This document shows positions 58,538 through 64,000 of a stretch of DNA of 64,000 bases, piece by piece. The number at the start of each line of letters is the position of its first letter. The stretch's first letter is position 1. Under the pieces are notes generated by a model. The model saw only the letters and a list, made by a program, of their open reading frames with translations. It searched no databases and was not told the origin of the DNA. The stretch lies in NCBI GenBank assembly GCA_949282305.1, contig CASDPB010000131.1, positions 9,405-73,404 on the forward strand, written 5' to 3'. The position numbers were made by a program, and so were the translations under genes. The stretch is from an uncultured Lentisphaeria bacterium (GTDB lineage Bacteria; Verrucomicrobiota; Lentisphaeria; Victivallales; UBA1829).

Positions 58538-59598
58538 ACAGGAAATCCTTGTTTCTGCTTCTTTTCTTTCTTATGCTGACTGTTCTTGCCGTTTGTGCGC
58601 TGATGGTGCGGGGACGTTCTGCGGGCTTCACCGCCGGAATCCGTTCGGAAATTCCGAAGTTCAATCCGGAGGAGATTGCCTCGATTCGGATTGAGTGGCG
58701 GACCAATGTGGTGAATCTGGAACGGAAAGACGGCAGCTGGAAAATTGCCGAGCGCGGAATGAAGGACGCCTCCGCAGTAAAGGTTTCAAAACTTTTGAAT
58801 TCACTTTCAACGCTGGGCGCCGTCAAGAAACTGGACGATTGCAGCCGGGGCATCCTCGAACGGCTCCGTCTCGTGACGGATGATCCGAAAATCGTGCCGG
58901 GGATCACCGTGACTCTGAAGGGGGAGGCGGGAGATGAAAAGTTCAAGATCATACTGGGCAAAGGGCATTTTGTAAAGCCGGAACCGGGAATGCCTCCGGC
59001 GGAAAATGCGGAGGGTCGTTATGTGAAAATCGGCGATGGCGTCTATCTGATTGCAAAGGTGTTTGAAGACTGCCATCCGATTCCGCCTGTATGGATTGAG
59101 CCGCTGCGTCTGTTCAGCCTGAACAAGGCGCTTTCCATCATTGCCGCGGATTCCGGCAATACGCTGTGGTCGGTGGTTCGCGGGAATACGGCGCAGCCTT
59201 TCACTTTGGTATTGCCCCGGGATGCCAAAGTGGACGTCGGAATTCTTGCTCTGCTGGCGGATATGCTTTCCAAGCCGTTCGGGGCGGATCTTTCCATGGA
59301 AGATCCCGCGAAGATGGTTTTTCCCAGAAGTGTGCGTTTCCGCTGTGCCGACGGTTTTGATTATTTTCTCAAGGTGGCGCGCAAGGACAACAGGGAATAT
59401 GCCGTCGTGCAGGTGACATACGAGCCGGCACGGGTTGTCGAGCTTCCCGGGGAGACTCCCGACCAGCTGATGAAACGCAAGGCGTTCCTGCAGAGCCGTC
59501 TTGAATTTGAACGGCGCTATTTCCAGGACAATCTCTTTCTGGTTGCGGACAAGGTGAAACTTTATGACCAGATCGGTCAGCTGCCGCTCAAGAAGTAA
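58534..59598 (+). CDS. DUF4340-like membrane-anchored protein
   Basis: N-terminal TM; W.I.....DA, LGK, GRYV; typical position after GldG-like genes. Confidence 0.65.
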   Translation: MNRKSLFLLLFFLMLTVLAVCALMVRGRSAGFTAGIRSEIPKFNPEEIASIRIEWRTNVVNLERKDGSWKIAERGMKDASAVKVSKLLNSLSTLGAVKKLDDCSRGILERLRLVTDDPKIVPGITVTLKGEAGDEKFKIILGKGHFVKPEPGMPPAENAEGRYVKIGDGVYLIAKVFEDCHPIPPVWIEPLRLFSLNKALSIIAADSGNTLWSVVRGNTAQPFTLVLPRDAKVDVGILALLADMLSKPFGADLSMEDPAKMVFPRSVRFRCADGFDYFLKVARKDNREYAVVQVTYEPARVVELPGETPDQLMKRKAFLQSRLEFERRYFQDNLFLVADKVKLYDQIGQLPLKK

Positions 59599-59805
59599 GA
59601 CGCCGGGAAAGACTCCGGCTTTCCTGCCGCGAGTCTCAGCCGGGCACTCCCTGCTTTGACGGAATAAATCCAGGCTGAATTGTTCCTGAAATCAGACAAT
59701 CTTGTAAGAAAAATAATTTTTTCGGGAAACCTATGTGAACTTTTTGAAAACCTTTGTGTCCATATCGTTCGTGAACCTTGCAGTGTTCCGAAAGGAGGTC
59801 CCACT

Positions 59806-59985
59806 ATGGATACGAAGTCTGTCAACGAAGTTCCGCCCCGCCCCGCGGTGATCCGTGAGCGTTACGCCGGATTCCTTTCCGAGCTGAACCGTTACCTGGA
59901 TCATTACAAGGCGGGTTTTATTGCCGGAATGAATGAAAAGTTTGAGCTGGACGAACCCAAAAAGCCTCGTCCCGGGGCGAACTGA
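59806..59985 (+). CDS. small hypothetical protein (59 aa)
   Basis: AAAGGAGGT RBS before ATG; followed by a hairpin. Confidence 0.6.
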   Translation: MDTKSVNEVPPRPAVIRERYAGFLSELNRYLDHYKAGFIAGMNEKFELDEPKKPRPGAN

Positions 59986-60024
59986 GCATGGAAGCCGGAC
60001 ACCTTCTGCGTCAGTCCGGCTCTT

Positions 60025-61263
60025 CTATTTCAGATTCAGCACCTTGCGCATGAATTCCTCCCCGTGCATGAATCCGAGGGAGCCGTTCGGAGCGTCTTTT
60101 TCGGAATAGTGCATGACGGAGTCCGCCGTGATGTGATCACCGCAGATTGCGACGGGCACCGGTGTGCGGGTATGCTTCCGCAGATGAATCGGCACCGGGT
60201 GATCCGGCAGAACCGCGAAGGTGACGCCGCGGCCTTCCAGTGCTTTCATGACCGGCGCCACGACACGATTTTCAAATTCTTTAATCGCCTGCATCTTGAG
60301 TTTCAGGTCGCCGAGATGGGAACACTCGTCGATCGCTTCAAGGTGCACGTAGACCATATCATGATCTTCAAGCGCCTTGATTGCCGCTTGTGCCTTGCCC
60401 TCATAGTTTGTATCAATGAACCCGGTCGCTCCGGGCACTTTGATTACGTCCATTCCGGCGCATTTCGCAATTCCGAAAATCACATCGACGGCACTGATGA
60501 CCGCACCGGTTTTTCCGCTGTATTTTCCGGAAAAAGAGGTGAAATGCGGGCGGCGTCCCGGGCTCCATGGCCAGATCATATTCGCCGGAACTTCCGCGTT
60601 TCTGTTCAGCGGATGCCGTTCCAGGAATTCCGCGGTTCTCCTGGTCAGGTCGTTCAGAAAGGCGACGGTATGCGCCGCCTCGCTTGAATCATCCAGCGGA
60701 GAGAGCCCGAGTCTGGAAACAGGTTCATCCTGCGAGGAGTCGGGTTTGAAATAGCTGATGTTCGCGCTGAACTCCTTCCCGTGGAGCACCAGCAGGTTTC
60801 TGTAACTGACTCCCGGATGAAAAGTGATCTTTTCGGAGCCGAAATGCTTCTGAAGGTCTTCCATGAGCTGTGCGGAAACTTTGTTGTCGATGTGTCCGGA
60901 AGAGTAATCCTTGAGGATGCCGTCTTTGACATTGACCAGGTTGCAGCGCCATGCGATGTCGTCATCCTTGAGGACGATTCCCCGGCTTTCCGCTTCGATC
61001 GGGCCGCGGCCCGGATAGAATTCCGCGAGACTGTATCCCATGACGGACATGTTCGCCGCGTCGGAGGAGGTGGGGAAGCCGTCCGGCAGACTGAGGAATG
61101 TTCCGGAGGCGCCTTTTGCGGCGATACTGTCCATGAAAGGAGTATCGACGGCTTCGAGCGGTGTTTTCCCGCCGAGTTCCGCTAAAGGTTCATCCGCCAT
61201 TCCGTCCGCAAGGAATATGACTGCCTTGCCCCTGTATTGATTCTCGCTCATTGGAAACTCCAT
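60025..61263 (-). CDS. apgM: cofactor-independent phosphoglycerate mutase (ApgM family)
   Basis: DGMAD, TPLE, SDAAN, GRGPIEA, GVSYR, HLEAIDECSH, PDH. Confidence 0.9.
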   Translation of the reverse strand: MEFPMSENQYRGKAVIFLADGMADEPLAELGGKTPLEAVDTPFMDSIAAKGASGTFLSLPDGFPTSSDAANMSVMGYSLAEFYPGRGPIEAESRGIVLKDDDIAWRCNLVNVKDGILKDYSSGHIDNKVSAQLMEDLQKHFGSEKITFHPGVSYRNLLVLHGKEFSANISYFKPDSSQDEPVSRLGLSPLDDSSEAAHTVAFLNDLTRRTAEFLERHPLNRNAEVPANMIWPWSPGRRPHFTSFSGKYSGKTGAVISAVDVIFGIAKCAGMDVIKVPGATGFIDTNYEGKAQAAIKALEDHDMVYVHLEAIDECSHLGDLKLKMQAIKEFENRVVAPVMKALEGRGVTFAVLPDHPVPIHLRKHTRTPVPVAICGDHITADSVMHYSEKDAPNGSLGFMHGEEFMRKVLNLK

Positions 61264-61289
61264 AAGTTGATGTTCACTGAAAAGTGGGA

Positions 61290-61318
61290 AATATAACCCG
61301 TGAAGCGGTTATTTTCAA
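61290..61318 (-). promoter_or_regulatory. promoter of apgM
   Basis: TTGAAA-N17-TATATT on the minus strand. Confidence 0.65.
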
Positions 61319-61448
61319 AATAAAATCCGTCCGCCTGATCGTTTTTGTCATAGAATGATCAATAATGCTATTGATTTCCGGGAAAGCCCATACATATTAA
61401 TGAGCTATTGTCACCGGAAAGTTAATTTTTTGAAAGGGTTGCTGAACC

Positions 61449-62513
61449 ATGTCTGCTGTAAAGCAAATCAAGGTCGGAATCATCGGATGCGGCGTCATTG
61501 CGCCATGTCATATTGGAAGCTATCTCAAACTGCCGGAAGTCAAGGTGGTTCATCTTTGCGACAAGGTCCCCGCCAAAGCGGAGAAACTTGCCCGGGAATA
61601 CGGGATCGGAAAAGTTTCGCAGGATTACAGGGAGCTGCTGGCGGATCCGGAGGTTGATGCCGTTTCCATCTGTACGGATCATGTGAGTCATTCCCGGATT
61701 GCCGTTGACGCTTTGAATGCCGGAAAGCATGTGATCTGCGAAAAATCGCTGGCATCTTCCAAAGAGAAGCTGGATGCGATGCTTGACGCGGCGCGCAGAC
61801 ATCCGGAGCTCGTCTTCAGCGGCGTTTTCCAGCACCGTTTTGATCCGGGATACAATTATGTCCGCGGGATCATCGCCTCCGGCGTGTTCGGAACGATGCT
61901 GACCGCGAATCTGAATGTGCTCTGTCTGCGGACCAACGAGTATTACAATGCCGACGCCTGGCGCGGCACCTGGGCGGAGGAGGGCGGAGCGGTTCTCATC
62001 AATCAGTCCATTCATTTTATTGATATGATTTCATGGCTGATGGGCGGAGTCGAATCCGTTGCCGCCTGTTATGCGAATCTGAATCACCGGGGCGTCATTG
62101 AGTGCGAAGACACCGCGGCTGCGGCGCTCGTTTACAGAAACGGCGCGCTGGGAACGATTTCCGCGACTTCCGCAAGCCCGATTGAATGGGAGCCGACAAT
62201 GTCTTTCAACGGCACCGCCGGTTCACTGGATCTGCGAAACGGCGAACTTCTGCGGATTGATTTCAAGGATAAGGCGCTGGAGGGGAAAATCCGTTCCGGC
62301 TTCGACGGAATCAAGGAGGAGGGGGAGAGCCTGATCAAGTCGAAGGATTATTACGGTTACGGGCATCCCGGTCAGATGGATGATTTCATCCGGGCGATTC
62401 GCGAGGGAACGCCGCTGAAGGTTCCGGTGGAATCCGCGGCACATGCTCCGGATATTGTTCTTTCCATTTATGAATCCTGGAACACGGGAAGACGTGTCAA
62501 AATCACGCATTGA
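61449..62513 (+). CDS. Gfo/Idh/MocA-family oxidoreductase
   Basis: GIIGCG.I, HVICEK, WRGTW..EGG.VLINQSIH.ID. Confidence 0.92.
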   Translation: MSAVKQIKVGIIGCGVIAPCHIGSYLKLPEVKVVHLCDKVPAKAEKLAREYGIGKVSQDYRELLADPEVDAVSICTDHVSHSRIAVDALNAGKHVICEKSLASSKEKLDAMLDAARRHPELVFSGVFQHRFDPGYNYVRGIIASGVFGTMLTANLNVLCLRTNEYYNADAWRGTWAEEGGAVLINQSIHFIDMISWLMGGVESVAACYANLNHRGVIECEDTAAAALVYRNGALGTISATSASPIEWEPTMSFNGTAGSLDLRNGELLRIDFKDKALEGKIRSGFDGIKEEGESLIKSKDYYGYGHPGQMDDFIRAIREGTPLKVPVESAAHAPDIVLSIYESWNTGRRVKITH

Positions 62514-62554
62514 AGCTGAACGGCTCGGGAACAAAAGGAAAATCAGGAGCGATC

Positions 62555-63550
62555 ATGAAGACCCGGGAACGGATTCAACGGATTTTCAATTTCGAGTCCC
62601 CGGACCGGCTTCCGGTCATTGAGTGGGCGGTCTGGTGGGATCAGACGGTGAAACGCTGGGAGCAGGAGGGGTTGCCCCGCGGGCTTTCCAACGTCGAACT
62701 TCAGGAATATTTTGATCTTGATGTGCTTGTGCAGCAATGGATTTCGCCCCGTACCGGACCGCTCCCTGCGCCGGCTTCGCACGGGGCGCCGATCCTTCAG
62801 AATCTGGAGGACTACGAAGCCTGCCGCAGGGCGGGGAGCATTCACGACGCCGGGAAGATCGACTTTGATTTCTTTGACCGGTATGCACGGAAGCATGAGG
62901 AGGGGGATGCCGCATTCTGGTTTACCCTGGAGGGCTTCTTCTGGTTTCCGCGGACGCTGCTCGGGATCGAACCGCATCTATACGCGTTTTATGACCGGCC
63001 GGAGCTGCTTCACCGGATGAATCAGGATCAGGTCGATTTTTCGCTCCGGATTCTGGAAAAACTCTTTCGCCGGTACCGTCCGGAGTTCATGACGTTCGCG
63101 GAGGATTTGAGTTACAATCACGGCCCCATGCTTTCCCGGGAGCTGTTCGATGAATTTCTCGTTCCCTGTTACCGGCAGCTTATACCGCTGCTTCATGAAC
63201 ATGGAGTCAAGGTTTTTGTCGATTCCGACGGCGACATTTCCGAATGTCTCGGCTGGTTCCGGGATGCCGGCTTCGACGGGATTCTTCCGTTGGAGCGGAT
63301 GGCGGGGGTGGATGTGCAGAGTCTGCGTGAACGGTACCCGGACATGCTCTTTCTCGGTGCATTCGATAAAACAGTCATGCACAGGGGGGAGGCTGCAATC
63401 CGACGGGAGTTTGAGCGCCTGATGCCGGTTGCCCGCGGAGGCGGGTTCATTCCCGGCTGCGATCATCAGACGCCGCCGGAGGTGTCCCTGTCGGATTACC
63501 GGTTGTATCTGAAACTTTACCGGGAATATGCCGGACGGATTCATGGATGA
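62555..63550 (+). CDS. uroporphyrinogen decarboxylase-like (URO-D/MtaA superfamily) protein
   Basis: MKTRER, ED.SYN.GPMLS, DSDG, P.E..AG.D, GGFIP..DH; AGGAG RBS. Confidence 0.85.
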   Translation: MKTRERIQRIFNFESPDRLPVIEWAVWWDQTVKRWEQEGLPRGLSNVELQEYFDLDVLVQQWISPRTGPLPAPASHGAPILQNLEDYEACRRAGSIHDAGKIDFDFFDRYARKHEEGDAAFWFTLEGFFWFPRTLLGIEPHLYAFYDRPELLHRMNQDQVDFSLRILEKLFRRYRPEFMTFAEDLSYNHGPMLSRELFDEFLVPCYRQLIPLLHEHGVKVFVDSDGDISECLGWFRDAGFDGILPLERMAGVDVQSLRERYPDMLFLGAFDKTVMHRGEAAIRREFERLMPVARGGGFIPGCDHQTPPEVSLSDYRLYLKLYREYAGRIHG

Positions 63551-63969
63551 ATCTTCCTTCCGGCTCCGTCCCCTGTTTCTGATGAGAATTTCCGGCGGCT
63601 TTGCGCGAGGGGCGGAATTCTCCTGTCATCGAGTGCATCGCTGTTTTCCGGCTGTTTGAAGAAAAAAGTTCTTTGACGTTTTTTACCGTCGGCGCAGTTG
63701 AAATACATGGGAAATTTTTTCCAGAAGGGACTTATTGCCTGAAACATCACAATTTTATGAAATGAAACGGGAATCCGTGGGATGCCGGAGTGGAAACGGG
63801 GTTGTAAAAATTTCTTTTTATGATAAATTGACTGTTGTTCGGGAGGAATCGTGGATTTTTCAATAGGAGGGGGGAATCACATTCTCTGAAAATGATTCGT
63901 TGTTTTTGAGAAAAAATCAGATTTGGCGGAACTTATTGGGAGAGGGAATGTCAAAGGAGATGTGAATTT

Positions 63970-64000
63970 ATGAATGATGATGTGAAAGCTTATGAGGAAA
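63970..64000 (+). CDS. 5' start of a gene running off the window
   Basis: AAGGAG RBS then ATG AAT GAT GAT GTG AAA GCT TAT GAG GAA. Confidence 0.5.
   Translation, partial: MNDDVKAYEE

Noticed and set aside
63551-63969. Long 3' intergenic region checked for tRNA, riboswitch or CRISPR
   Set aside because: Only a weak hairpin and AT-rich promoter-like DNA; no cloverleaf or repeat-spacer pattern.
1-64000. CRISPR arrays, IS elements, integrases, prophage, rRNA/tRNA, retron or DGR components
   Set aside because: No repeat-spacer arrays, transposase, recombinase or reverse transcriptase motifs, or long duplicated template/variable regions were seen by eye.

Overview
This is a 64-kb, GC-rich bacterial chromosome segment. 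Gene content suggests a Lentisphaerae/Victivallales-like PVC anaerobe (many prepilin-like H-X9-DG proteins, large secreted CAZymes, HydE); this placement is inference. Housekeeping genes: a partial membrane-anchored CobN-like chelatase, nadA, hydE, an Rrf2 regulator, FKBP, purM, a full trpEGDCFBA-aroG operon, an FMN riboswitch heading ribBA-ribH-nusB-ftsY-orf-ribD-ribE-orf-pdxJ, purN-like-ydbH-ynbE-ydbL, a Gld/Pil-like ABC cluster and apgM. The trp operon has an unannotated leader peptide (MKTQTYIYISNRWQWRW) and a two-terminator attenuator. The most striking accessory pattern occurs three times: a sugar-type regulator, then a prepilin-like protein lacking the cleavage-site Gly, then a large secreted carbohydrate-active enzyme. 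This looks like a pilin-based analogue of a polysaccharide utilisation locus. Other oddities are an out-of-frame chimeric deletion scar at about 18345, a 107-aa repeat-containing leader on one prepilin, a C39-like peptidase with Pro at the expected catalytic His, and a perfect Lrp consensus box. No CRISPR, rRNA, tRNA or intact mobile element was seen. All product calls come from motif recognition only; no database searches were run.
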